Shown here in pieces: positions 13,028-25,361 of a stretch of 64,000 nucleotides of DNA. The stretch comes from Nitrospirales bacterium. GTDB taxonomy: Bacteria > Nitrospirota > Nitrospiria > Nitrospirales > UBA8639. The notes beneath the pieces were generated by a model that was not told the DNA's origin, searched no databases, and was given only the letters and a program-made list of their open reading frames with translations. Each line of letters opens with the position of its first letter. Positions within the stretch are counted from its first letter, which is position 1. The stretch spans positions 1,664,001 through 1,728,000 of the forward strand of contig CBDBCZ010000017.1 of the NCBI GenBank assembly GCA_965203295.1. The letters are read 5' to 3'. A program made the translations under genes and the position numbers.

Positions 13028-13967
13028 TTATACACGTACAGGACATAGTAACATGTTATCCAGTTCTGGCAAGTATTCAGTGGTGGATGCTGTACCCATG
13101 TCCAATCATGTCTTTTTGGACATGTTTGACACTAGCCTACAGATTTGCTACTTTAAGATTGCACACTTTTGAGAAAGCACACTTTTGAGAAAACAGATGT
13201 ATACCAGTAGCTACACTGCATGTGGTGACAGTATTGGAACAGATGTAGCATGCTTATGGCCGATGCACAACCCTGCAGAAACAACCCTACATTGCCACAG
13301 TATCTGCCCACACTAATGGTAGCCTCGTACCCGGGCCTTCCCTCACAGCTTCTTTCGCAGCCGTGGCAAGAAGCGTGGGTAAGGCCTGGAAGTAAACATC
13401 ACGTGAGGCGTGCCATCGCTTATTTCAGTTGCAAACACGAAGAAATGAAGTGGCATTGACAGAAGTACACGTGACGATTTATAGTAACCTTGAGTATATT
13501 TCAAAGTTAAAAGAGCAACAGGAAAGCGAAGCTGCAGACTATATCCTACACTCACTTGAGAGCTAGATGCACAGACAGCCACGTTTAATCGGCACAACAG
13601 TCCTTAGCATACCAACTCAAGCAGCGTAAACTTTTTTTCCAGCGGTTGACACTCGCATTTCTTGGGATTCTCTACTATCATGACCCGTTAGGCTCACCAA
13701 CTATACAGTAGTCTGTGTCTCCAGAACACAGTTTTGCTAGAGTCTTGGGAGTCTCAGAGCGCCACTTGAAAAACCTCATGAGTGCAAATGAACCCGTGAA
13801 CCCTGGTAGTGGGGAAGACGATGGCACGCATCACGTGATGTTTACTTCCAGGCCTTAACCACGCTTTTTGCCACGGCTGCGAAAAAAGCTGTGAGGGAAG
13901 GCCTGGGTAGGAGGCTACACTAATGGCCCTGAGAGTGAACAGTGATGATAGACAGTAATTACATCCT

Positions 13968-14148
13968 GGGTGAATTAATGAAAATCAGTATTCCTACAAA
14001 ACCCATAAGTGACTGGCTCACTGTGGGGCTATAAAAGCAGCTCTGACAGGTGGGTAAGGTTGACCAGAGTCAAGGTCGACACCAGCCAACTGTGGCTGAC
14101 TTTCCCCATAGGGAAAAGAATTTTTGGGAGCCCATTCTTGTATGGGCT
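13968..14148 (+). ncRNA. Putative Sm-class snRNA-like gene, type B copy 2
   Basis: Box 13999-14011, TATAAAA 14030, AATTTTTGG 14119-14127, hairpins on both sides. Confidence 0.55.
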
Positions 14149-14178
14149 TTATACGCGTACAGGACATAGTAACATGTT

Positions 14179-14878
14179 ACAAGTAGTTGTGTTTGTTGAA
14201 CTCGCTCGCTGCACTCGCTCTATACAGATAGGGATTAAAGATGTAATCTGCATGTGATTTGTTGGTTTGTAGGGTACATTTAGCTAGTAGTGTTGCTGGC
14301 AGACTGAAGTGTGGAGACAGCGCTACAGAGAAGACTACAATCAACTGTAAAACAGTTTAGGCAGGCTGGGACTACAGTCTAGCTCTTCACAGCCATAGCC
14401 TAGCTACATATCAAGTGAATAGCACTGATTTTATTCTCAGCATGGCTACTTGCATGTTCACCACATTCTAACTAGAGGCAGTGACTCAGAGGAGAGACTA
14501 CAAACAGCTGCTAGACCAAACAGGCAAGCTAGCACTGTAGCCTAGCTATACCACAGGCTACATGCAGGCGAACGGCACCGACTCCATTTAATGCACATCG
14601 ACATGGTTAGCCTAGCATAGCAGTTATATCTCTGCTTGGCTTTCACTTACAGATAGGACTATACCGCAACTAACCTTTGTGTTAAAGTGCCTGACTTCTC
14701 ACACTTCACGTACAGACACGTGGTACTTTGACCTGTGACCGTGAACTGGTCACAGGTCGAAGGTGCATCCAGGAGCGCGCGCATGCGGCTTCCGTTTCCG
14801 TTTTTCACACGTACGCACGGACACACGAACACACGAACACACGAACACACAAACGGACACAACCAGGCGTAATAATAG
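14179..14878 (-). mobile_element. Non-autonomous Helitron-like element
   Basis: Absent from the paralogous site at ~13058 with no TSD; minus strand reads TC...CTTG with a microsatellite near the 5' end; relative at 16100-16870. Confidence 0.65.
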
Positions 14879-16099
14879 ATACAGTTCTGGCAAGTATTCA
14901 GTGGTGGATGCTGTACCCATGTCCAATCATGTCTTTTTGGACATGTTTGACGCTAGCCTACAGATTTGCTACTTTAAGATTGCACACTTTTGAAAAAGCA
15001 CACTTTTGAGAAAACAGATGTATGCCAGTAGCTACACTGCATGTGGTGACAGTATTGGAACAGATGTAGCATGCTTATGGCCGATGCACAACCCTGCAGA
15101 AAGTGCCATCCGGTTAGGCAACGGGATTGCCCCGTTGCGTAACCGAGTAGCGCTAAAGTTGTCCGGCTGTACAACCGGACAATACTAGAATTGTCCGGTT
15201 ATGTAACTGGAGTTACACAGTTGCACAACTGGGTGATAAAACTCCATTACAGAACCGGACAACCTACTGTAGCTTTGCTGAGTTGCACAACCAGACAGTG
15301 TAGCTGACTTGAGCCACTCACACGCAACTGCCAAGTATTACAGCTAGTGTACCATTTCATTACTAAACAAACATGCTAGTGATGCGTGAATTCTTCAGAA
15401 TCAGTTCCTGTTTGTCTGTTCTGTATGCACACGGTCTCTGTTCCAGGGCATCTGCTCGCAACTGTATGCACTTCAGCTCATTGGTCAGTCGTGGCGACCT
15501 GTAGTGAGTGGCACATTGACGCCGGTAGAGGATTAGTTCTTGCCATTGAAATTGGCCAATTCGGTTTCAGCATACCCTCAGGATATAGGTGCAGATCAGT
15601 GAGTACTTCTGATCATGACGTATCTCAATGTAGCCAAGTGTGCATGGAATTTGTGCACCTCAGAACCGCTACATAAGAGAGAGATGCTTGCATACATGTG
15701 CAACTGGCTGTGTCAATTCTCTCCCTCCAGACTGCTCATCTGCTGCAGCCTGGCATCTCTTTCCAACAGTCTCTGCTAGAGTGCCCCTCTGATAGGTTCT
15801 CCTCTAGCATCTGTCTTCTCAGTGGTGTCTTCTATAGAATAACGGTATACCTTCTTTTAGCAGTACCTGTTCTCTATCACTGACACTCAACATCGGTCTG
15901 CTTTAGGTGGCATACGCTACCAAAATACAAACCTTCCCGTTGTTCAGCTGCCTAGAAAGCACGGCGGTACGTTCTTTTCCTGTTCACGCTGTCCTTTACG
16001 TGCATGTACTCTTTGAACAGACACTCTGAAGCCACCATGTCTACACTCATACCAAAAAAATGGCAAAACAGGCTGTAGCTTGGTGTAAACTGCATGATT

Positions 16100-16870
16100 A
16101 CAAGTACTTGCGCTCGCTTCGCTCGCGCAAGTACTTGTGTGTGTTCAACTCGCTCACTCTGTACCGATAGAAATGAAAAGTGTAACCTCTATGTGATTTG
16201 CATGGAACAGTATAGCATCTTCTGCCAATGAAGCAGTGCTTTTGACTAAGCCGCATGTCAGTGTTGAAAATTGACTTGTCAGAGGGGGGGGTAAGTATAT
16301 AGTACGTGTGCACACTACATTTCTTTTAGAAGCCAAAGCATGTATTATGTAATGTCCATGTAGTATGGAATGTGGAGCATCTGCCAGTGGCAGTAGCCTG
16401 ATCGAGACTTTGACAGTAGTTTCTACCTGAGCCATGTGGAGGCAGCAACTCAAAGGAGAGACTGCAAATAATTACAAAACTATACCCACATCAGCACATG
16501 TAGCACGTAGGCGAATGGAACTGACTCCATTTAATGCACATCGTCGTAGTTTGTCTAGCGTAGCAGTTACAACTGTGCATGGTTTGCACTTACAGGACTA
16601 TACAGCTACTGACCTTCGCAATAGAGCGCGCTCGAAGTGCTGATTTGAGGCCATCATGATAATACCGTTAGCTGTTAGAGCATCCTAACGCACGCAGTGG
16701 TCAAAGTTGTCCCAACGCATGCAGCGGTCAAAGTACTAATTAGCTATGTACACATATGATGACGTCACGGTCTTCTCGCGCAATCGAGGTTTATTAGTGG
16801 ACGTTACATCCGTTACACACACACACACACACACACACACAGACGGACAGAACTAACGTTAAAGTATTGA
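16100..16870 (-). mobile_element. Helitron-like element, same family as 14179-14878
   Basis: Terminal palindrome ACAAGTACTTGCG...CGCAAGTACTTGT, (CA)n near the other end, internal similarity. Confidence 0.6.
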
Positions 16871-17068
16871 TGGATTCTAGTAAGGAAAAGTCCCTACGGT
16901 TACAGCATCTCTGTGACGTCAAATAAACATGACCGTTAAGTATGGCAGTTATGGAGGACTTGGCAGACAAGTACCTTATTGTCAGTCCACAGCCTTACTT
17001 TTAAAGTAGCTATGCAGTGCCTGCAGACTCTGAGCACTGTATCTCAGACATAACCCTATTCATGCTGC

Positions 17069-17210
17069 CTAATTGCTAATATTGACAAACCCACAAGTGG
17101 TTTGAACTATTCTACCTTTATAAGGAGAGTGCTAGAGGTCCTCAGTGTTGCCAATCTACTAGTTGAAGATCAGTACAATTTTTGGGAGGCCTACTAACCA
17201 AGGAGGCCTA
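17069..17210 (+). ncRNA. Putative Sm-class snRNA-like gene, type A copy 5
   Basis: Box 17087-17099, TTTATAA 17117, AATTTTTGG 17177-17185, AGGCCT/AGGCCT hairpin. Confidence 0.6.
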
Positions 17211-18142
17211 TATAGCTCTCTGAAATGTGAATGTACCGTGATGATTGGTGCACACAGTGCTGTATTTTTCATGCCCAACTGTCTTCAAGTACCCATAGCT
17301 TTGCATTGCGTACTTAGAGTGCATCAAACCTCCCTCGGTAAAGTGCCATTTTTGTATTGTGTTTGAATGTGGTATACCTACAACTGATACCAGAACAATA
17401 TATATTCTTGGTAAGTGAAGGCTGAAGGTTTTCAGGGCAAGCGTAAACGAGGCCGTGTTGTGATGATTGAAATTTTATGGATGTGTGTGTGCGCATGTCC
17501 TACGTGGTGAATATACCACAAATGCATCAGAAAGTAGTTGTACACTACTGAGGGGGCAAAGGTTTGCCCCCTGATACATCCTCTATAGGAAATAGACAGA
17601 ATTCACAGATACGCAACTCTGGAACATTACAATTGCCATCGACACAACCATCCATACTCTTCTCTCCCTCAAAAAAGAACAGAAACAGGTTATAGAAAAC
17701 CTGAAAGAACATGTAATGATGAAATCCCAAAAAAAGCAACCAAGGAAGCACCACAATGTTATCACAGATTACCATCCCTACATTTTCGGACAATTTTCCA
17801 ACCCCCCACACTCCACATTCCCTAGCTACTAACCTTGTTTCCCTACACAAGTGAACAAATGTAACTGGGAAAAGTGCTGAGCCATTTTTTTGGGGGTGGT
17901 TGTTCTTTTCTTGCGGGGGAGGCCTGGCTGGAATTCAGTAACAAATTAATGCTCACCAAACACCCAGTTTTACATCTAAAGGTATTGCAGCTGTTCTTTA
18001 GCCGTGCGTGGATCCACGATGCAACCTCAATTCTAATCTTACATGTAGGCCAAGGTGCTTTGCTTGTTGAGTTGGGAAGTATTACATTACCACACCATCT
18101 TGTTTCCAACCTCAGGTTTAGAAGCGCCGCAACACCGGAGTG

Positions 18143-18250
18143 AGTGAAATCAAAGTCCTCAACTTTGCCCTGGCTCGAGCTTCAGCTGAGATCATGACTG
18201 GCTACGTCACAACACGCTACTGGAGGGCGCCTGAGATCATGCTGAACTGG
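18143..18250 (+). pseudogene. Orphan p38 MAPK activation-loop exon fragment
   Basis: [39 protein letters not shown] motif and RAPEIMLNW are p38 signatures; DFG is changed to NFA. Confidence 0.85.
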
Positions 18251-18691
18251 TTAGTATCTTGGTAGAGGGAGTCACCAGGGTGGGCTTTTGGTAACCATGG
18301 TCTCATTAGTCTCATTATAAGTTGTGAGTAGTGTAGCAGCGAGTTGTCAGGCAAATTGACAGCATATTTGATCCTCTGGCTGATGTACAGTGCTCAGAAT
18401 CTAAAGAGTAGTATAAAACTTTTCGTGGCCAAACAGACGTGGCAGTATACCGTATGCCCACGAATAGACAGCGCCCTTGACTAGTAGTCATACTCGATTT
18501 GAAGCCGCACCTCTGGAAGTGCTGAACAAAATAGTGGCCACCCTCAATTAGTAGCTTAATTGATATTTGTGGCCAAATTCTTGTCATACTGTATTGTGTC
18601 AGGACTAGCTAATCTATGATATTGGGCTTGCATTCAAAACTGCACTCAACGTCTGGGCCCTGAGACTGGGCTGTAACCATACCTACATTCT

Positions 18692-18866
18692 GGGTGAATG
18701 AATATCTGTATTTGTACCAAACCCACAAGTGACTTGCCCACAGTGGAACTATAAAGAATCAAAGCTCTAAGGAGAGGGTGAGGTAGAATCCATAGTAATC
18801 AACTACCCTTGCCATCTGCATGGTAGGCAAAGGACTTATTTTGGGAGGTCATACTGGTATGGGTTA
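18692..18866 (+). ncRNA. Putative Sm-class snRNA-like gene, type B copy 3
   Basis: Box 18719-18731, TATAAA 18750, stem-loop 18807-18833, TATTTTGGGAG 18837, 3' hairpin. Confidence 0.5.
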
Positions 18867-19079
18867 ATCTAGAACTGGTCTTGCAGCCCAGGGACTGGAG
18901 TCTCCATTCTCTCTACAGAGCCATTTTTTAAAGCCTCGTTCCCAGTCACCACTAGTACTGCCAACATGCAATAACACTGACAGTGGAGTCTGGGAACGAG
19001 GCTGCCACTGTTATATGCATAGCTTTTCAAAGAGAGGAAGAACCACTTAGACTGGACAGATATAATAGTATTCATGCAC

Positions 19080-19226
19080 CTTAATTGCTAATTACTGGCA
19101 AACCCACAAGTGTATTGAGCAATGCTGTCTTTATAAGGAGGGAACTGCACACGCACACATTGTCAGATTCGGGTGTCTACAGCCTTTGTATCTACAATTT
19201 TTGGGAGGCCTAATCAAGGGGCCTAC
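19080..19226 (+). ncRNA. Putative Sm-class snRNA-like gene, type A copy 6
   Basis: Box 19100-19112, TATAA 19132, AATTTTTGG 19196-19204, AGGCCT/GGGCCT hairpin. Confidence 0.6.
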
Positions 19227-19392
19227 AGCTCACTGAAATGTGAATATACTGTTTCAGTGTGGATCACAGGAGCACACAGTGCTACAGCATGTGCCATACC
19301 ACACTACATCAGCTTTTTTGTAGTGATGGGCAATACCAGCAGCTATAGAATTGATATGATACCGATACTTAGGCCACAGGTATCGCTAATAT

Positions 19393-21832
19393 CAACAAGA
19401 AAATGAAAAAATTTCAAAAAAATTTAAAAAGATGTAGGGATGGAGTGCCAAAAAGCAAGAAAACAAGGGTAGGGATAGCATGACGTAACATACACAGCCC
19501 CATCCCTACATCTTTTTCACATGTCACTGCAACCGTAGCGCTGCGATACAATTGATGTCATACCCATTTAACCAGTGACAACTTGCACCGGCCAACCCTC
19601 TTTGCACGGTTTGCTGATAATTATGTCACAGCTACATGCATGCATGTACCAGTTGAACCAGTAAATTGTATCATTAGTATTATGTCTGGAGTATAATTAT
19701 GCCTATGTTGTATGTTATATTGATACATATTTTTAAGTGGGGTACTAATGAGGATGTACACACTGTGTGCATGTTTGTATGTATATACATTGTACAGTGT
19801 GTTTATACAGGCAAACATTACACACAGTGTATATCCATGCAGGCTTATTAGTACTCTGAATGTAATTTCAGCCCATGATTGTACGTACATAGATTCTGTA
19901 ATGCAGGAGCTACTGTTTGGTGCGTCTCGTACAAAAGTATGTCTGGGTACTAAGGAGGCTGGAAATAAGCTGAAAATTACATACACAGCTTAAATTTCAA
20001 TACACATCCATGGCCACCCCCTTCTCAGTGCTGCCTACAGGAAGGACCATTAAGAATTAATTAGGCCATCATTGCAGTTGACATGTGAAAAAGATGTAGG
20101 GATGGGGCTGTGTATGTTACGTCATGCTATCCCTACCCTTGTTTTCTTGCTTTTTGGCACTCCATCCCTACATGTTTTTAAATTTTTTTGAAATTTTTTC
20201 ATTTTCTTGTTTCTGTGCTTTTTGTAATGCTTGTTAGAACCAGTAATAAATAATTCATAGTATAACATTAAATACAAGTTATAATTATACCAGTTGATGA
20301 AATAAGTTGTTACATGACAGGCACTCCATCCCTAAAGGTTCTTCTTAAATTTTTCTGTTTGTAGATTATTTTTGGTTGTCATAGTATAGATCAGGGTTTT
20401 ATACAGGAATTTTTCTTTGTGGGAGGGCAAGGGGCTTTTGTTTTGAACACCAGACATCATTCTAAGGAGATCTAGGGGCATCTCCCTCCCCCCAAAAAAA
20501 CCTCCACCTCTATTTGGAACTCTATCTTAAGATGCATAACGAGCCGACCGCACTGCCAAAGGTAAAGACAATAAATAGCAAGTAAGGAAAAGCAGTTCAT
20601 GGTACCTGAAAACGCAGACAGAAAGTTTCAGAGACAGAGGTAAATTTCGGCATGCTATCCTGGACACCCCAACTTGTGAATTTTTCTTAGCAATACAGGT
20701 AAGAGTAGCAATCTCACGGGCCGGACTCACTCGGGGGGAGGAGTGAGTCTGGACACTACGGACAGCATTCTGTGCCATGGAAGAATGTGATTATTCCAGA
20801 CTGGTCGCGTGTAAAGAATGCAGAATTAATAACTAATACTAACCGCACAGCAGCGATCAGCTTGCTATGACACTAGATCTAATGCCTCGACCACAATTTT
20901 CTGTTTGGGCTTTAGTTGTGAATAGCTGAACTTCTATCCAGCAGAAGAAATGCCATTTATTCTCATGTTGCAGTAATCACCTTTTAGTCTTGTAGTTGAC
21001 ATGGAAGCTCTCAGCCTCACTCCTCCCCCCAAGTGAGTCTAGACCATTAGAATGCTTCATACCCAGGCTTTCCTTGCCTAGAATTATTTGAGTGAGGTAC
21101 GGAGGCTTTCCTCACCCAGTGAAGATGTAGCCAGCCTAGCTCTAGGCATCCATACTCTATTTAACGCACATATACGTAGTTGGGCTAGCTGTCTTCATAC
21201 TGACACGAGTAAGTTCTTATAATAGCTACTCACCTTGGTAAAAAGGTGCACTCTAAGTAATTATTCCAGCCGCATGAATACGTTCACTGATCCATTTGCC
21301 GAAGAACAACACTCCAGTGAAACAAAGCACACGATGACGATCTCTGGTTGCCAAGCGCATGTCATGTGACATTCTCCGCGCATGCGTACAAATAATAAAA
21401 TGGCGTAAAACTGGACTGCAGAGCTCGAGAGAGCGCACTGTATATCACATTCGAGAATCAGTTTGATCGTTATGAAGATGATGTTGTCGTGGACCTGCGC
21501 GCTCGAAAATGAAGATTTTTCGTGCTACAATCACGGCAATCACTTGAACCAATTTTGAGCTAGCCTCGTTGAAGAAGAAGAATAATATTAAGAAGAAACC
21601 AGAATTAGAACGTGAACAAACTGGTAGTTCAGCCAGCTTCCAGTTTTCTACTTTAGCGAAGCTTTTTGGCAACTTTGTGAGGCTTGTTGGTTGCAGAAAC
21701 CCCCGAAAATGAAGGTTAGATCCCTATAAAAGCTTAAAGCTTATTTTTTGCAGAGATTTGGAAACATTGATTTTATATTGCGTATATGGAGTGTCCGTGC
21801 CATCCCTACATAGAGAGTCTACCGACTCTCTG
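19393..21832 (+). mobile_element. Helentron/HINE-like insertion inside the hAT
   Basis: 5' ~140 bp (19394-19532) inverted at 20072-20211; subterminal GTAGGGATG/CATCCCTAC and terminal hairpin AGAGAGTC..GACTCTCT (21813-21831). Confidence 0.55.
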
Positions 21833-21988
21833 ATATAATGTGATACTATACCGGATGTGGGCGAATACGTAGACAAAGTGTTTCTCTAAGATGTATACAT
21901 ACATGTACATGCATTATTATAGAAACTGGATGTGGGTGAATAATAAAAACTGACAAAACTTCCTCAAGTTGTACACATACATGAAAGG

Positions 21989-23777
21989 TCAAATGTTCTT
22001 GTTCAAAAAGAGAAACATGTTCACATGTTTTGGCTTGAGCCTGTTCCTCCTGGCAGATACGAGTTCACCAGCTTTGGAAAACAGTCTTTCTGATGGGACT
22101 GATGTGCCAGGGATGCAGAGGTACTTCATCGCCAATTCCTGCAGGTGAGGGTATTGGGTACAATTTTGCTGCCACCACAAGAGTGGGTCTTCCTTCCTCC
22201 CAGTGTTCTTCTGCTGCACATACTGGCGGATCTCCACCATGGAATTCGAAGCTGGTGTTCTTCTGGATGTCATCTCGGCAACCTGTCGATCAAAAGCATG
22301 CCACAATCCACCAGCATCCGTACCGTTTTCGCTACTCTCCGTTGATGCGTTCAACTCCTCTCTAATGTCCGTGTTCTCACTCCCTGTCATTTCAACTGTC
22401 AAGTGTCGTACACCCTGATCAGCAGCTCCTACATCAGCAAATGCCACCTTCTTCAACCGAGGGTCTAGCAAGGTGGAAGCTGCCAACATTGGATTAGATT
22501 CTATGTTAAGGAACCGCCGCCTCATCTGCCAACACAGTTCATCACCAAGCTTGGTGATAGTGGTGCTAGATCCAGCAGTTAGCTGTTGGAGAGACCTTGC
22601 AAGAGGTATCAGCTTGGATATTGGGAGGTATTGATCACCCGACATTTCCCTTGTTGCTGCTTCAAACGACTTGAGGAGGGTGACAGCATTCTTCATAGCT
22701 CCAACGTCCTCTGAGTCAAGGCAGAGACTATTCTTATTAAGCAGACACAATGTTGTCGTGACTGCCTCATGCTGCTCAATTAGCCTCTCAAACATGTAGA
22801 ACACAGAGTTCCACCGCGTCTCAACATCCTGTATCAGCTTATGGTTGTCGATTTTCAAGCGATTCTGGATTGAAACTAGCTTGTCGGTGGCCTTGCTGCT
22901 GCAATGAAAGTATGATACAATGTCACGACACTTCTTTTGGATTTCAGACAACTGTGGGTCGACTTTTAGGAATCCTCAACTACAAGGTTAAGTGTGTGGG
23001 CAAAGCATGGCATGTGCTTCCATCCATTTAATCTCACAGCTGCAACAATTTTACTCGCATTATCAGTGACCACACAGATTATCTTCTCCGTGATCTCCCA
23101 CTCAGTCGTGATGCTCATAAGCTCAGCTGCAAGATTTTCAGCTGTGTGCGCAGAATCAACTAACAGAGTGGCGAGTACAGCTGAGTGAAGTTCCCAACTG
23201 CTTGAGATGAAGTGGCAAGTGACGGTGATATACCCTTGAGTGGCTCGAGAAGTCCACAGGTCAGTAGTTAAAGCACAATACTTGGCCTCAGCAAGTTTAG
23301 CCTTGAGCTCTTGCCTGATTTTCTGATACTGGTCAGGAAGAAGGCTTCTCATGATGGTACAACGGCTTGGAGGCTCGTACTTTGGGTCAATTGTGTGCAG
23401 AAAATTTAGAAACCCCCTGTCTTCTACAATTGAGGCTGGTTGCAAGTCAATCGACAGCATCCTAACTAAAGCCTCATCAATTTTCTTGCGACGGGGTGAC
23501 TCTTTTCCGTAAAGCTGTGACCGCTCTAAGGCTGTTTTGAAGTAACCTGCCTTGGCTGCTTTGCTGGCGTCTGCTCCGCCTTCAGGCGTTTTTCCTCTTC
23601 CTGTTCTGCCTGAACTAGCTTAGCCTGCTCTTCGTGCTTACTCTTGAGATGCTTCAGCAGGTTTGATGTGTTACCGGAGGTCTTTACCGTCTCCCCACAA
23701 AGGGTGCATGTTGGGTTCACCCCTACCTCTTCACCGTCAAAATACGTCCAGACAGCGCTACTTTTCCGCTTACTCAT
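21989..23777 (-). pseudogene. hAT (ZBED1-like) transposase with two frameshifts
   Basis: BED finger (CTLC..HLKSKH), TTDLWT, VTDNA, CFAH, TRWNS, and C-terminal dimerisation motif SVPSERLFS; split over three ORFs. Confidence 0.95.
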
Positions 23778-25304
23778 GACTAAAGACGAACAATTTCGTA
23801 CTTGATGCCTACTGATCTACCGAACAGACTTAGCTAATAGATATTATACTCGATACAAAAAGCATGTGGTGACTCTGGTGGTGGGCTATGCATGCTAGAC
23901 ACGCGTCGCCGTTCATGGCACGTGATGTAAGGTATTGTATCGCTGTACCGCGATATAGTATTGAATATCGATACCGACGAAAACGACACCAGTATCGGAG
24001 TTATCAATAAATTAGTATCAGTATCGCCCACCACTAGAGGAAAGTAGAGCCTGGTACACGCTGTTCGTGCATGCGCAGGAATTTACGGAAAAGAGGTATC
24101 CGTGAATGACTTCAGCCCCGTGGTAAGAAGTAGTACGGAGCAGCATTAGGGTTAGGACTAGCTCATTCTGCCTTTCTTCAGCCACAGATAGCTTTACAAA
24201 CAGTTTAAAAATAGCAATAAGGCCTGTACCTTTCTATCCGCTGGGATTATGGTATCTTACCACAAAAATTCGGAAGTGCCCCTCCTTTTGGAAGTGGCTC
24301 GATTTTTGATAACAGATCTCATCTTCTAGGCCTTTCAGAAGTGAACGGGATCAAAGAATCAAAGTAGCAATCACTTTCTCGGTAGCTACTGGCTTAAAAA
24401 AATGCTCCCAGGTGCTTGTAACTCACCAACTACTCTAGTGCAATGGACTGTGACACGATGATTGACGGATGATATTTTGCTGTAGCACCTGCTAGTTTCC
24501 AAACCCCCAGAAATCCTGGGGGAACTGAGCATGCACAAACAGTGTCTATCAGGCTCAACTTCCCTCCCACGCAAAGAGCCTGGGCACGAGGCTACTGTGT
24601 GTGATGACAGTGTTTGAATTTTCTATACAGCTATAGCATACTTGTGGTTCTGCGGTGCTCATCAATGATATCTTCTTATATTTGTTGGGCTAGCTTTCAG
24701 TAATGTATTCCCGGCCTCACTCCAGCTACATCACTTTTACTGACAAAATCTGGGGTTCATTTTCTGAGCTTGGAAGCCACATGACGTTTCAGAAGGCCAG
24801 GAAATGAGGAGACCACATACCCATTCCTCATAGCCAGGCCTTCCCTCACAACTTTGTTAACTACCATGGAAGGAAGTGTGGGTAAGGCCTTCCATCACTG
24901 TTTTTTTTGCAGCTGTGGTAAACTGTGTGGGAAACTACTTGAGGTTATAAAAATTGTCATGTATACCCTGGCGATGTCACTTCATTCCTTCTCATCATAT
25001 CTAATGGTAGACATTTGCTTCCAGGCCTGGGTACGAGGCTACTACATACCCATTCCCACTGTGTTTGTGGACCACATACGCATTTCCACTGTGGACTGAA
25101 CATCAAGTTCACCTTTCTCCACAGCTGTATAAGGTAAAAGGCCTCGAGAGTAGCTTTCCTACTGTTCATGCGTAAGAACTCTACCATCAGAGGGAAAGTA
25201 TCATATATAGATGCTGGAACACTAAACTCTGACTAGTATAATGCATTCCCTCTATATACGTATGTGTAGGAGCCGTAAGCAATGTAATGGTATTCATGCA
25301 TCTG

Positions 25305-25361
25305 AATTGCTAAGAAGGAGATTTTTACAAACCCGCAAGTATTTTAGCAGTGCTGCTTTTG
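25305..25361 (+). promoter_or_regulatory. Type A cassette promoter (copy 7), interrupted at the TATA position by a CAGTG-TIR element
   Basis: GAATTGCTAA..ACAAACCCGCAAGTATTTTAGCAGTGCTGC followed by CAGTGCTCACAATCT. Confidence 0.4.

Larger units (their letters stand above)
12196..15100 (+). repeat. Tandem duplication of a ~1.09-kb unit (MITE + type B cassette); second copy has an insertion at 14179-14878
   Basis: 12196-13280 matches 13285-14178 plus 14879-15100. Confidence 0.9.
19321..24036 (-). mobile_element. hAT DNA transposon with nested insertion
   Basis: TIRs TAGTGATGGGCAATAC (19321) and GTATCGCCCACCACTA (24021-24036), subterminal GATAC repeats, transposase inside; no 8-bp TSD seen. Confidence 0.8.

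Noticed and set aside
15350..16060. Helitron RepHel N-terminal remnant (AET..RDARLQQMS)
   Set aside because: Too degenerate to support
17545..18140. Possible viral or other coding fragment
   Set aside because: No recognisable motifs
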